Shown here: one piece after another, positions 11,575 to 23,440 of the stretch | Layout: each line of letters starts with the position of its first letter | How positions within the stretch are numbered: the stretch's first letter is position 1 | Assembly: GCA_008632985.1 (NCBI GenBank) | Contig: QPGO01000028.1 | Span: 243,598 to 307,597, forward strand | DNA length: 64,000 nucleotides | Direction of reading: 5' to 3' | Source: Psammoneis japonica | Taxonomy: Eukaryota | Notes under the pieces: generated by a model | Told to the model about the DNA's origin: nothing | The model's database searches: none | Seen by the model: the letters and a program-made list of their open reading frames with translations, nothing else | Translations under genes and position numbers: made by a program

Positions 11575-12651
11575 ATGTTGGCAGGACCGACAAATCTCAA
11601 AACGACCATGAAGAAGCGGGTTGAGCCGCCGATTCCGTTCGCACGGCCGGAGAAGAAAGAGCTGCAGCAGGGCGAGCACCAGACGTTCAAACTACATAAC
11701 AACCCCACTGATCCAGACAGTCCAACGCACGAGATGGGCATTCCGCACCTTTCTGCGGCTGCATGCGAGACACTCCCAATCTTTCTGCGCAATGTGGATC
11801 GCGTGCATGAAGGACAAAACATGACGACCGGGCCAGCGAAATTTGCCCTCATGCGTGACCTGCTGCAGGGCGATGCTCTGACGTCATTTGATGATGCCGC
11901 TGACAAGCAGGCATCCCAAACCAATGCCACGCACGCAGCATGCGTCGCGAAGCTAAAGGAAAGCATCTTCCCACATGGGGCGGTGCTGTTGCAGAAGCGT
12001 CATTTGAGGCGCTTCATGCGCAAGCCCGCAGAGGTTTCTGCTCGTGACTGCATCGCGAGGGCTGTTGAAATTAACGGCCACATCTCTCAGTTTCCACCCG
12101 TGATGGAGGATGGAGAAGCACCGGCACCATCACCCAATGACGAACTGCGCGATGTGTTCGAGTGCGGTGGGCCGAATGCATGGCAGAAGTTCATGACGCT
12201 ACAGAATTTTGACCCGTTGGCGCACACTGTCGCCGAATTTGTGCAGTTCTGCGAGCGCATCGAGCAGGTCGAGCTTGCCGAAGGCAACCTGGACCAACAT
12301 GCCAAGGTTCCACGCAAGCGGGGACGTAGAACGGACAATCCTGAGTCATTGATCATGACCCAACGGAACACCCAGAAGTCGTGTGTGCCACACGGGACTA
12401 ACTGTGGACATCATGCGGAGGATTGCCGTCAGCTCAAGCACCACGTGAAACGTGTCAAGACTGGACATTCCAATGACGGAGGCAGCAAACCCAGCGCAAA
12501 ACCTCGGAATGAGGAAGACATCAATGCTCTCATCGGATCGAAGGTCGAGGAGTTCTTTGCCAACGCTCAGAAAAAGCGCAAGGCACGCGAGGAGGAGCTC
12601 AATCACTTCCGCGACCTCAACTTAAGTGGTTCCGAAGATTCGGACACCTGA
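11575..12651 (+). CDS. gag: Gypsy gag-like ORF (mutated)
   Basis: 358-aa ORF between the LTR and the protease; degenerate zinc-knuckle-like CVPHGTNCGHHAEDC; no Tyr residues left. Confidence 0.75.
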   Translation: MLAGPTNLKTTMKKRVEPPIPFARPEKKELQQGEHQTFKLHNNPTDPDSPTHEMGIPHLSAAACETLPIFLRNVDRVHEGQNMTTGPAKFALMRDLLQGDALTSFDDAADKQASQTNATHAACVAKLKESIFPHGAVLLQKRHLRRFMRKPAEVSARDCIARAVEINGHISQFPPVMEDGEAPAPSPNDELRDVFECGGPNAWQKFMTLQNFDPLAHTVAEFVQFCERIEQVELAEGNLDQHAKVPRKRGRRTDNPESLIMTQRNTQKSCVPHGTNCGHHAEDCRQLKHHVKRVKTGHSNDGGSKPSAKPRNEEDINALIGSKVEEFFANAQKKRKAREEELNHFRDLNLSGSEDSDT

Positions 12652-12783
12652 GAAGGGGGCCGACACGATGCAGGCAGTTTTGATGCACCAGATGAATGCA
12701 CAAATGAACAACTGAATTACCATCGTACACGTGTTGTAGGCCAATCCCGCAAACGGGTTAAAAAGACTCATCTTACTCCAATC

Positions 12784-15700
12784 TTGTTCACAGCTATGAA
12801 TGCTGAACATGGCAAGGGCAAGACTCAAACCATTAAGGCACTGCTAGATAGTGGCGCCAGCAGCACTCTACTCGACAGTCGATACTGTAAACGTCTGCGA
12901 AGCCATTCAACGGCTGAGACAAACTGGACTACGGTAGCATGCTCGTTCAGTACGTCTAACAACTGTACCGTTAAATTTTGGTTAACAGAATTATCCGAAA
13001 CTGCAGAACTTAAACACACCGTCCACGTACACAACGGAAAGTTGGGCAAGTACGATATGATTATTGGACGTGACATTCTGGAGACACAAGGCATTGACAT
13101 TGTCTTCTCTAAACAGATGATAGAGTGGCCATTGGTCAATGGAGAAGTACCAATGAGGCACGTAGATGCTACGGTAGAAACCTCCTTCTATCTTCAAGAT
13201 CCAGAAGACTTATCTTCGGAAACCGACCGGATTTCGCGTATTTTAGACGCTAAGTACGCGCCGGCCTGCCTCGAGGACATAACGCGAGGGACAATAGGAC
13301 TTTCTACAGTTCAACAAAACGACCTTTTGGCACTATTGAAACGCCATGAGTCCTTATTTGATGGGACATTAGGAGAATGGAAGGGAGAACCCTACCATAT
13401 CCAACTCAAGGAGGGTGTAGAACCATACCACGCTCGTCCGTATAAAGTGCCTCGTGCGTACGAAGCTACGCTACGTAAAGAAGTAGAACGCCTAGTGCGT
13501 ATCGGTGTTCTCAAACGCGTTAACCGATCCCAATGGGCAGCTCCATCATTTATCATACCGAAGAAAGATTTAACGGTACGCTTTATTAATGATTTCAGAG
13601 AGCTGAATAAACGGATCAAGCGATTGCCTTATACGATTCCTCATATCCAAGATGTGCCACTTAAGCTCGAAGGCTTTATGTGGGCTACATCGCTGGATTT
13701 AAACATGGGCCATTATCACATCCGATTGGATGCTGACAGCAAGAAGCTCTGCACGCTCATCTTCCCGTGGGGCAAGTGTGAGATGCAGGTGTTGCCCATG
13801 GGATTATGTATTCGCCAGACATTTTCCAAGAACGCATGTCAGGCTCATTTCAAGATCTGTCGTTCGTTCGAACGCACTTAGATGACCTTCTCGTCGTGAC
13901 GAAAGGCACCCATGAAGATCACCTCAACAAACTTGAAGAAGCTTCATTGAGGGTCCAGAAAGCAGGACCAAAAGTCAACGCAACTAAATCTCACTTCTGT
14001 CAAACCCAATTAGAATGCTTGGGTCATCTGGTCAACAGAGACGGAGTGCGACCAACACCCAATGAAGTCGACGCCATCAAGCGAATCGCGACCCCAGCCA
14101 ATGAATGCGACCTGCGCTCATTTGTTGGTGTGGTGAACTGCTGCCATGACACGTGGATTGGACGTTCTGAAGTCTTGGCTCCGCTGACACGACTCGCAAG
14201 CGAGACTGTCAAGTGGGAGTGGACGTCCGTTGAAGACGAGGCGTTCGAAACCGTTGAACGGGTGATGTCGGATGATGTTTTGTCATCACATCCTGATTTT
14301 AACAAACCTTTTGAGACACATGCCGATGCCTCTAAATGTCAATTGGGAGCAGTTGCATCCCAAGATGACAAACCCATTGCCTTTTACAGCAGAAAGCTTG
14401 ACAGTGGGCAATTAAATTGTGCAACAACGGAGAGAGAATTGCTCGCCATTGTGGAGACATTGAAAGAATTTCGAACGATTCTCCTTGGTCATCATGTGGT
14501 TGCACATGCTGATCATAAAAATCTTGCGCACAAAGCATTCAATGCCGAGTGCGTCATGCGCTGGTGGTCAACATGCGAAGAATGTGGTCCCGAATTACGC
14601 TGTGTTGAGGGCACCCATGACCTCATCGCTGACGCTCTCAGTTGCCTTCGACCAGCACCCAGCTTGCCTTCCGAGGCCAATCCGGATGTAAAAGACACTC
14701 CATCGAGTCGTCTTTTGCATGAAGCTTTTAATGCAGACACGCAAGATGAGGCATCTCTGCCTGTTGGCTTCAAGCGCATACAAAAAGCACAACAAAAGGA
14801 CAAGCGCCTGCTCTCACGAGCTGAGGACTCGTCCGACTGCTCCATTTGTGCGTGTCGTGGGGGAGGGTCATCACGACAGTTAATCTGTCATAAGGACAAA
14901 ATCGCAGTGCCACAGTCATTGCAGGTTCTGCTAACTGAATGGCGCCACGAGACACTGTGTCATCCAGGTGAGACACGTGCAGAAATGTCCACTGCCCAGC
15001 ACTTCTGCTGGCCTGGCATGAGGTCTACGGTGCATTCTACGTGCATTGAGTGCGATCGATGCCAGAAGACAAAACGCCGAACGCAGCGTTGTGGGAAGCT
15101 GCCAGAAAAGGTCGCAGAGATAATTCCATGGGAGACTCTGTGCACAGATGTGACAGGGCCACATAAAATTCAAAGACGCGGAAAGGACACTTTGCAATTG
15201 TGGGCAGTCACAATGATTGACCCAGCAACTGGGTGGTTCGAGATTGAAGAAGTGTCCATGAAACGCGCAGACGTCGCAGCAAACGTCGTGGAACAAACGT
15301 GGCTGTGCAGATGTCCGTGGCCAACCCAGGTGGTTTATGACCGTGGGACAGAATTTATGGCAGAATTTAGCCAGATGATTAAATGACTGTGGGATTTTGA
15401 AGAAACCCATGAGCAAACGGAATCCACAGGCGAATGCCACAGTGGAACGTGCACACCAGACACTTGGTGACATGGTGCGTTCCTTTTCAGTGCAGGGTGT
15501 GGAACTGGACGAAGATGACCCATGGAGTGGCATCCTCTCCGCAGCAGCCTTCGCCATTGGAGCTGCGGCACATGCGACCACGCATGCAAGTCCCACGCAA
15601 TTGGTCTTCGGACGCGATGCGGTTTTGTCTGTTGCCCATCGTGCCAAGTGGAAGCACATAGAAACCAGAAAGCAGAAGCTTGTCCACTTAAACAACAAGC

Positions 15701-15900
15701 GTGAAAATCAGAAACGCAAGGAGCATCAATGCACCGCAGGGCAATTGGTGCTTGTCAAACAGGAACAATCCTCTAAATGCGGTTCTGACAGCTGTGCAGG
15801 ACCCGCCAGAGTTGTCCGTGTGTGTGACAATGGCACGTTGCGCACCCAGAATGGAGCGCTGACAGATGCGCACAATCTGCGGCAGATTGCACCCTGTCAC
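12784..15900 (+). pseudogene. pol: Gypsy pol (aspartic protease, RT, RNase H, integrase) with frameshifts near 13810 and 15385
   Basis: LLDSGAS protease motif; WAAPSFIIPKK, DFRELNKRI, HLDDLL (RT); ADAS, YSRKL, ERELLAIVE (RNase H); HETLCHPG, C..CDRCQ, YDRGTEF, NPQANATVER (integrase). Confidence 0.92.
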
Positions 15901-15945
15901 CAGCAAGACATCCTGTCACTTGATGGCCCTGATCATGGGGGAGTG

Positions 15946-16376
15946 TGCAGCATGCCTCGCTGCTGGACAACACGGCGAGACCGTGCACAAGCCTCTTGTG
16001 CATGGCAATGCAGCATTGTCAACACGTGCCTGGGAAGCACGACCACAGGAGGGCGTGGCTCCAGGTCTCAGGCAATTCCAGAAGGATGCCAAGAGAGCAT
16101 CCGTGTGAAGCACACTAGCCCGTCGTCTGGCCCACGATGGTGGCGTGATTCCACATGATGACATCACTCGTGCATGGCGCATGATGGCTTGATTCGCACG
16201 ATCCACAACGCGAACGCACGATCGATTTGATGCGATCCAAATGCGAATGAATGGGGATTTGGCAAGATTCCCCATTCGCACGATCCCACTTTCTCTACTC
16301 TAAACTAGCTCATAATTTTTACAACGACAAAGTCGCAACACATCTTCTTTTCAGCGCCTGGTGCATGCATGGGGCA
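15946..16376 (+). repeat. 3' LTR
   Basis: Colinear with 10689-11119; preceded by the PPT. Confidence 0.95.
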
Positions 16377-17110
16377 CTCCAACTCATCAATCAACCCACA
16401 AGCGACCATGCATGGTGTTGAAACGATGTCATTTGGCCTGTTCTTGCGTCTGCATCATTGATGGAAGATCGTCTTTTTCGTTTGTACAGGGTTTTACGTG
16501 CTTTGGCTCGACGGCAATGGTGGAGCGGCTCTGCAAACAACAAAATCGGATTGAAGGTCCTGCATCATGGCACTTTCGATCTCAGGGGATGATGGATGAC
16601 CAGCACATGGTGCACTGTTGTTGAAATGAGTGGTTTTGGGCAGTCAGCGGCCAAATTCTTGCCGTCATTGTCGCGAAGCACGGCGTTCCACCACGACGTG
16701 AAGATCCATGTCGAAATTGAATCAGGTTATGAGCGCAAACATGATTGTGCAGAGGCAGCACTGCGCAATGCGGCCCAAAAAGAATGACACGGTGTTTCCC
16801 CGTGGACAATTGTCACTTGCCAGAGGAAGCATGCAGCAGTGAGTTTTGTGATGTGACTGTCACTTCTTGTCTCTAGAGAGGGCCAATTGCTTCTGTTGCA
16901 GTTGCAAGCTCCTCATCATGAGTGTGTTGCAACGTTCAGGTGTGATGCCACGTAGAATCCTGGCATGTTTCTACGCAGTGGCGCATTTTTGCGCATTTAG
17001 GGCTAGCGCAAAATGAGACCCAAAAACTCAAAAATGTGCACTGCGCATTTAGCCGGTCCTTGTGCTCCTCTCCACGTTTTGAGATCAGATCCATTTCGCT
17101 CGATTGACCT

Positions 17111-17305
17111 GGGGAAGTCCCCAGCCAGCGCTGTGCTGGCTGAAGAATCTTGTGTGGAATTTGCACTGAAAGAGTCTGTCAATCTGTGCATCAGGGGGTT
17201 TTGGTGAACGCTGGACAGACTCGACGTCTTTCGTGTGCATGAAAATTGCAGTGGCAAAACCACTGAACGCACTGACGAGCAGACTTTTTTCAGCCAGCAG
17301 CTGGC
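17111..17305. mobile_element. Degenerate second copy of the 4771-4976 MITE
   Basis: Colinear with 4771-4976; TA sites of copy 1 are replaced, mostly by TG/CA. Confidence 0.85.
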
Positions 17306-17699
17306 ACTGCGTGAAAGAGGGCCCCATGAAGCTGCAGGCCTGGTGCATTGTCTGCTCTTCGCTCGTCTACGAGACACACATGCCATGATTTGTGTGGAAG
17401 ACCTGCTCATCACCCAATTGCAAAAACAACGCGCGCTTTCTTTCTGATCACTGTCGTGCACTCCATCACGACGACGATGTGGTTCCCTCTCAACGGCATG
17501 TGGTTGGGAACGCCGTCAACACACACGTCGCAATCAACGACAGAAAAGAAAAGTGCAGCAAGTCAGCAGTGCAGTCAGCCAGCATTGTCCGAAACTGAAC
17601 TGCAAAGAGCGCGCCCACCGCAAGCAAAAACAAAGAACCCTGCAACCACAGGTAAAATGCACATTTTACACTCGACAGACGAGGATTGTGGGTTGTCCA

Positions 17700-18330
17700 T
17701 TGTCATCCACTTTGATGGCGGTTCTCGAGAAAATCCCAGTGTGTGCTTTCAAGAGCACTCAATGAGCATTCCTTTGATCTGAGCACACAGTGAATTGCTG
17801 CAATTGTTGTGCATCAGGCTTGGCTGAGCCGGGAGCAGAGGTGGCGGTGAAAGAAAGAGGCCAAGAAAATGAAAGAGGGAATGACAAAGAAAGAAAGACA
17901 CACATTCAAAAGTGCGAGCGATGAACAATGTTGCTGCATGTGAAGGATTGCTGTGTGGTTTGGATCATGCCCAGTCCATGTTGCGAGAGTGCTTCCAAAG
18001 AATGCTTCGCAAACCAATCGACCCCACCACCAGAGGGCAATCGGTGCATTTGCAAGTGTGTGGCGACTCAGATTTGTTGATTAAGAAGCTCAAGGGGACA
18101 CACAATGGCAAGAATGAAAACTCACTCCATTGCATGAACAGGCAATGTCATCATTTAGTCGGAGATTTGCAGAAAACTGCAAATGCCGTCGTTCAACACG
18201 TTTGCGGTGAAGACAATAAATCGCTGATGGCAAGTTTTTTCTGGGTTTCATGATGCATTCTTGGATCACACAGAATCTGAATGTTGCATGTCGCACTTGT
18301 TGCAGGGTTGGCCAATGAAGCCATGGACAG
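17700..18330 (+). pseudogene. Degenerate intron-containing RNase HI-like gene
   Basis: Fragments IHFDGGSRENP, NNVAACEGLLCGL, LQVCGDSDLLI, QHVCGEDNK and LANEAMD match RNase HI motifs (FDGxSRGNPG, NNxAEY, GDS, HVxRExN, ADxLAN). Confidence 0.75.
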
Positions 18331-21300
18331 CAGAAAGAGCTGGGCTGCTGCCATGGTGGAAAATGCTTGTTGAGAACATGTCGGCGATGCAGAAAAAGAC
18401 AAGCGGACTGGCGAAGTGTGAACTGCTCACCAGTTTAATTCTGCTGGACATGATTTTAGAAAAGAAATGATTTGGCACCGCTTGTTTGTTTCTGCTGCCA
18501 GTGTTGACAGGTCAAGTGCTGCATTTGTGTCATCTGGCCTCTCTGTCCATTTGCTGAGGCACGTGCACTCTTCGTCTTCAGAACCCCGTGGAACAACTGT
18601 CACCAGCGCTGCACTGCACATGTCACTTGTCTTTGTCGGACTGTGACTCTCCTCAATCTTCTTTCTGGGGTGCCATTCACATGCACCAAGAAATGACTTG
18701 TGGTCAATTTGCAAGAACTTGCTAAAGTGCAGTGCATCAGGGATGTTCTTTTCACTCCTTCCAGTGTGGCTTGTGAGCCAAAATGATTTCCCGGGGATAA
18801 AACCATCAAAGTTGCCTTCCCTGTCATTGAAGCATTCAACAAAGGAATCAACCTTGGCACAAACCTCCTGTGATGAGGTCTTGGGCACCTTTGCACTCTG
18901 TCGGCCGCAGCAGCAGCACACAGCAAAAATTGCGTGAGACAAGTGATGTCAAAACGGCTCATTAAATCAAAATTGGGAAGATGCATCGCATTGCAGATGT
19001 CTTCTGATGGGGATCACAGACACAATGATGCACCGATGCAGCCTCCCACATCAACATTGACGATGTCGCAACAGCAAATGCACCATGGTCGGGATCATTT
19101 TTTGTCACACAAAAAGCACGAGGAATTTGGATGGCAGACGAACATTGAAAAAAAAGATTCAGTCGAGTTGTTCCAGCCAAATGGTCACCCCCACGTAGAA
19201 GATTCACGCAGTGCTGGCTGGCTGGAGAGACGTCCCCCAGCTTCGGGCATTGCAAGAAATCTTTCACAGAGATCCAAGAAATGGCAAATGGTGACAGGGG
19301 GGGGGGGGCAGATGCGGGGCCCCCGCTGTTTTCCATTGATCATGCCATGCAGGCTCTTCATGACATGTTCATGCAGTGTGCAAACAAAGCAGCCCAAAAG
19401 CACAATCGTCCACGCACACTGTCGCGTCGCACAATTTTTACACATGAAAAACACACACAAACATGCTGCGGGGCCCCGCTGTGGGGATGGTGTCAGCTGC
19501 TTGCGTGTTTGATTTTTATTTTACAGGCGGCAAAAAGCAGTCATAGAGCACTCAGTGACGGAGCAAGGAAAAAACGCAAGGGCCAATCAATCGAATTGAT
19601 TGACATCAAGCAGATTGACTCAGCAAGGCAGCAAGCACAGCAATGTGCTGCCCAGTCACTGGCGGTGTTCACGAAAAAACAGCAGGCCACCAATGCAGCC
19701 AAACGCAAGAAAAAGGCAAGCTCTGCATGCACCAATTCCAAAAACCCGCCAGCTGCAAAAACAAAGCCACCCCTTGAGCCAGCGGAGCCAAGTGTCTTGT
19801 CTGCAATTTGCCTGCATTGGACACATTGAAGCACAACTTGTGTGCTGTGTCCATGCACACAACCTGCTTGTTGATGGATGGTGACCATGGAAGATTGTGC
19901 TGGGATTGCAGCAACGACTTGCAATGCCCAGAAATTAAAAACAGTTTGCAGTGCAATTGTCATGATCACAAAAGCCAGGATCATTTCCGGTTGTGTGAGA
20001 GGCAGTGGGAAGTTGAGGGTTCAGCATGCAAGAAAGACGGGTGCAACAACAGGTGGGAGAAAAATGACAAAAAGACAGCGTGGTTGTGCAACGGCAAGAA
20101 TCAAGGAAGCTGTGGGTTGGTTCACAGTGTGGGAGAATGCTTTGAGCAAGCTGTGCCAGCAGAAGGACGTGGCGGCCACAAATCCAGGTGCTGCAACTGA
20201 AGCAGGCAATGCAGGTCATTCTTCAGTTGGTGTGAAAGTGCTCTTTGTTAAGATGTGCCCTGACAGGGTGGCATTAAGCAGCAACAACAATCAAGGAAGA
20301 AATCAAAACACAAATGCAAAACAACAATTGGGGTCCACTGCAGAAAGCTGCGCAAGCATGCGGTGCGGCCACCAGAGTTTGCTGGGATGGAAATCTGCAG
20401 TGCCACTCTGATGATGACAGCCTTGTGAAGGAAGAAAGGTGGTGTGCTGAAATGGGGTGCATGAAGCAAGTGGTTGAGTGTGGCTGGTTGTTCTGTTGAT
20501 TGACAAATGCTGACACAGATGTGACATTGATGAGAACATTGGCAGGTTGCCATGATGACTCATGAGTGATGAGAATGTGTGCATGTGAGAGGTGTGCATG
20601 CAGGGGGTCATGCGGCATGCACTTCCTTGACATGCACAGAAAACCCCAACATGCACGCAAACCCCCCAACATGCAAGCAGCATGAAATCGTGAGACACAC
20701 ATGACAGGGGACACCCAACATGTCAATTTCACTCCCCCATCACGTCGTGCAACTTTGGTTGATCTTGTTTCTTGGGCAGAATGTTGCCTCCAATGACCCA
20801 CATCTCCTGTGGACATGCATGAAGATGAGACAGACATTGAGAATTGCTGGCTGTTGGAGACAACACAACTGAATTGCCTGGTGCTTGCAGACAAAAATTT
20901 CTGAAAATTTCAGGCAATTCCATCGGTGATGTGAGTGAGGCCACAGTCATCCTGCCACCAACTAAAAAGTCCAGGAATCACTTTTCCTGCTCAAAGAGGA
21001 AGCTGCTGGGTGGTGCAAGTCTCTTTGTGTGGCCCCAGTGCCAAGAACTGTGTTCCAGCTCACTTTTTGGTGTGCTGCAAATGGAGGGTGCCATGGTGGC
21101 ATGTCCATGGAAAACCAATGGGGCAACGCACTTTTCAAAAATCCAGTTCCCGTGCCAATCTGCACAAATTGGATGCATGTAGAATGTGCAGCAAAATTTG
21201 CAGCAATCAATTTGAACTCACTCTGACACACACAAACATCATGGCAATGATGCTGTGATGTCGGCGATGGCCACACACGACAACAACAGCCAACTGGGGG

Positions 21301-22551
21301 GTTCTGGTGCACCGAGATGACAACTGACATGATGACAAATGCAGTGAAAATGTCAGATGACAATGATGGAGTTGTTTTGGGAGCTGCTTGAGCGATTGGT
21401 GATGGTTGATTTTTGACACGCACAACTTGGTGCTGAAAACACTCACATTTTTCTGCCGCGGTGGGGCTGATGATTTTCACTTTTTGGGGAGTGCATTTGG
21501 AGTTTTCTCATTTGATTGCATTGACGAAGCACTGCATGAGCACGCGACAAGAGATTTTGACAAAAAGTTGGATTTGCAGTCATCATGGAGGATTGCCACG
21601 GGGTTTTTAGCACGGTGAAGCACAGAGGGACGATTTTTTCATGGATTTGCAAAAGATCCTGCATCCCATTGAATTTGCGTGCATGACATTGGTGGATCAA
21701 TGTATTTTTTACATGCAAGAAGCACAATGATGTTGACACACCCGACATGATGGACTTCCCATGTTGTTGTTGCGACAAGCAAAATGTTGTTGCATTCGGC
21801 TCGTAGAGTCCAGTGCCATTTCTGTGCACATGGCATCCACTGGAACCAGATTTTTGAAAGTGCGCAGCCCCATGACAACCAGTTTGCAGTGAAGTGGGAT
21901 CAGCTCATCAACATTGCCTGGAAGCATGCAAAAAGAACTTTTGTGCCACAATTTTGAAGGTGGCAACCAAACCAAAGCAAGGCAGAGAAGAGACAGCACC
22001 AGCTCAAAATTGGCAGACACAGCACAACAGCAGCAGTTTGTTGTTGAATCAACATGAACTGCCGCAGCTCCATCATGCTGATTCGAACAACACTTCTGCC
22101 TGCAAGCAAGTCGCACTGATTGTTTTGACAATTGACCCATGCAGTGACAAGCGGCACTGCCATCAACGACGTGGTGTTCCTCTGCATGACTCTGGTTGCT
22201 TGGGTTCTTCTTCTTCCTCCCTCCCCATTGTGCCACATGGCACCATTCATTCCTTCATTCCCACCCACAGCATTGCCCAAATTGGCATTTGTTCCGCCAT
22301 TCATGGCAGCAGCAACACCAATCTCTCCATTGTTTGCACTCTCAATGCTGCCATTTTCAACATGATTGAGGAGGACAGTCCCCCATCATGGCACTCCACA
22401 TTGTGTGACACTGTTGCTCACAGCATTGCTGCCTTGAGGAGGCAATGGGTCACACCATGGGCAAATTTTCCATTGTCCCGCGGCCAATCACCATGCCAAC
22501 ACCCATTCACCCTGTGCCTTGGGATGTGAAATGGCTGGAATTCCTGTGAAT

Positions 22552-23440
22552 GATGGGGACATGTTGTGTCACAGGGTCAGGAACAGTTTTTGGTCTGGCC
22601 AGGTGGAAGTGCCTGGTCTCATGCCTGTGATGACATGCCCAGATGCACAGACACCCAGATGGCCAAGACACTTGGGGGGTGCTGGTGTGACTCAAGCCCA
22701 AGCCCACTTTGGCATTCACACCAGAATGCACCATTGTCGCTGACAGATTTCCATTCCCTGACCAAAGAATGGTGTGATCTGTCAGCATTTATGATGCCAA
22801 TTTATCGCTGTTGCCATTTGCCATTTCCTCATTCATCGTGAAGGTTGGCTGCCAAAATTCAGTTCTTTTTCAATTTCTGTCACTCCCCATCAGAGTGACA
22901 CCTCATCCATCTCTTTCAAGTGGCTGGCTTCTGGCTTTGCTGTTGTGTGGACCCCAGAATCAACTCCAGTCACCACTTGTGCACTTGTGTGTGACTTGCT
23001 CTTGTTCTGCTCTCTGCACTTGAGCATTGATGATGTTGGCAAGTGGAGCTCCAGCCCAGACCTGGTGAAACACCTTGCTGCTGTCTACATGGCAGACAAG
23101 TCTCTTGGCAGAGACCATTGCAGGTGCCCCCATGAACAATGGGGACATGTGTTCCAGGGTCAGGAACAGTTTTTGGTCTGGCCAGGTGGAAGTGCCTGGT
23201 CTTGTGCCTGTGATGGCAAGCCCAGATGTGCAGATGCCCAGATGGCTGGCTCGGTTGGTGTGACTTAAGCCCAAGCCCACTTTGGCATTCACATCTGAGT
23301 GCGCCATTGTTGCCAACAGATTTCCATTCCCTGACCAAGGAATGGAGAGAGCTGCCAGCATTCATGTGCTGCCAATTTGTTGCTGTCACTGTTTGCTGTT
23401 CTCATTCATCATGAAGGTTGACTGCCAAAATTCAATTCTT
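22552..23440. repeat. Diverged direct duplication of ~310 bp (approx. 22552-22868 and 23139-23440)
   Basis: Shared CAGGGTCAGGAACAGTTTTTGGTCTGGCCAGGTGGAAGTGCCTGGTCT ... AGCCCAAGCCCACTTTGGCATTCACA ... CTGCCAAAATTCA. Confidence 0.85.

Larger units (their letters stand above)
10689..16376 (+). mobile_element. Full-length, inactivated Ty3/Gypsy LTR retrotransposon
   Basis: 431-bp LTRs TG...CA, 4-bp TSD CTCC (10685-10688, 16377-16380), PPT GGGGGAGTG before the 3' LTR, domain order gag-PR-RT-RH-INT. Confidence 0.95.
10474..16829. mobile_element. Stowaway/Tc1-mariner-like MITE (~660 bp) split by the Gypsy insertion
   Basis: ~85-bp TIRs CTTCCTCCGGCAAGCGACAATTGTCCACG... / ...CGTGGACAATTGTCACTTGCCAGAGGAAG, resembling the Stowaway CTCCCTCCG terminus; flanked by CA/CA where a TA TSD is expected. 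Confidence 0.7.

Noticed and set aside
18400..22500. Gene-like remnants here and at 28100-29050, 30100-32500 and 61700-64000
   Set aside because: Too degenerate for me to assign a family without a search
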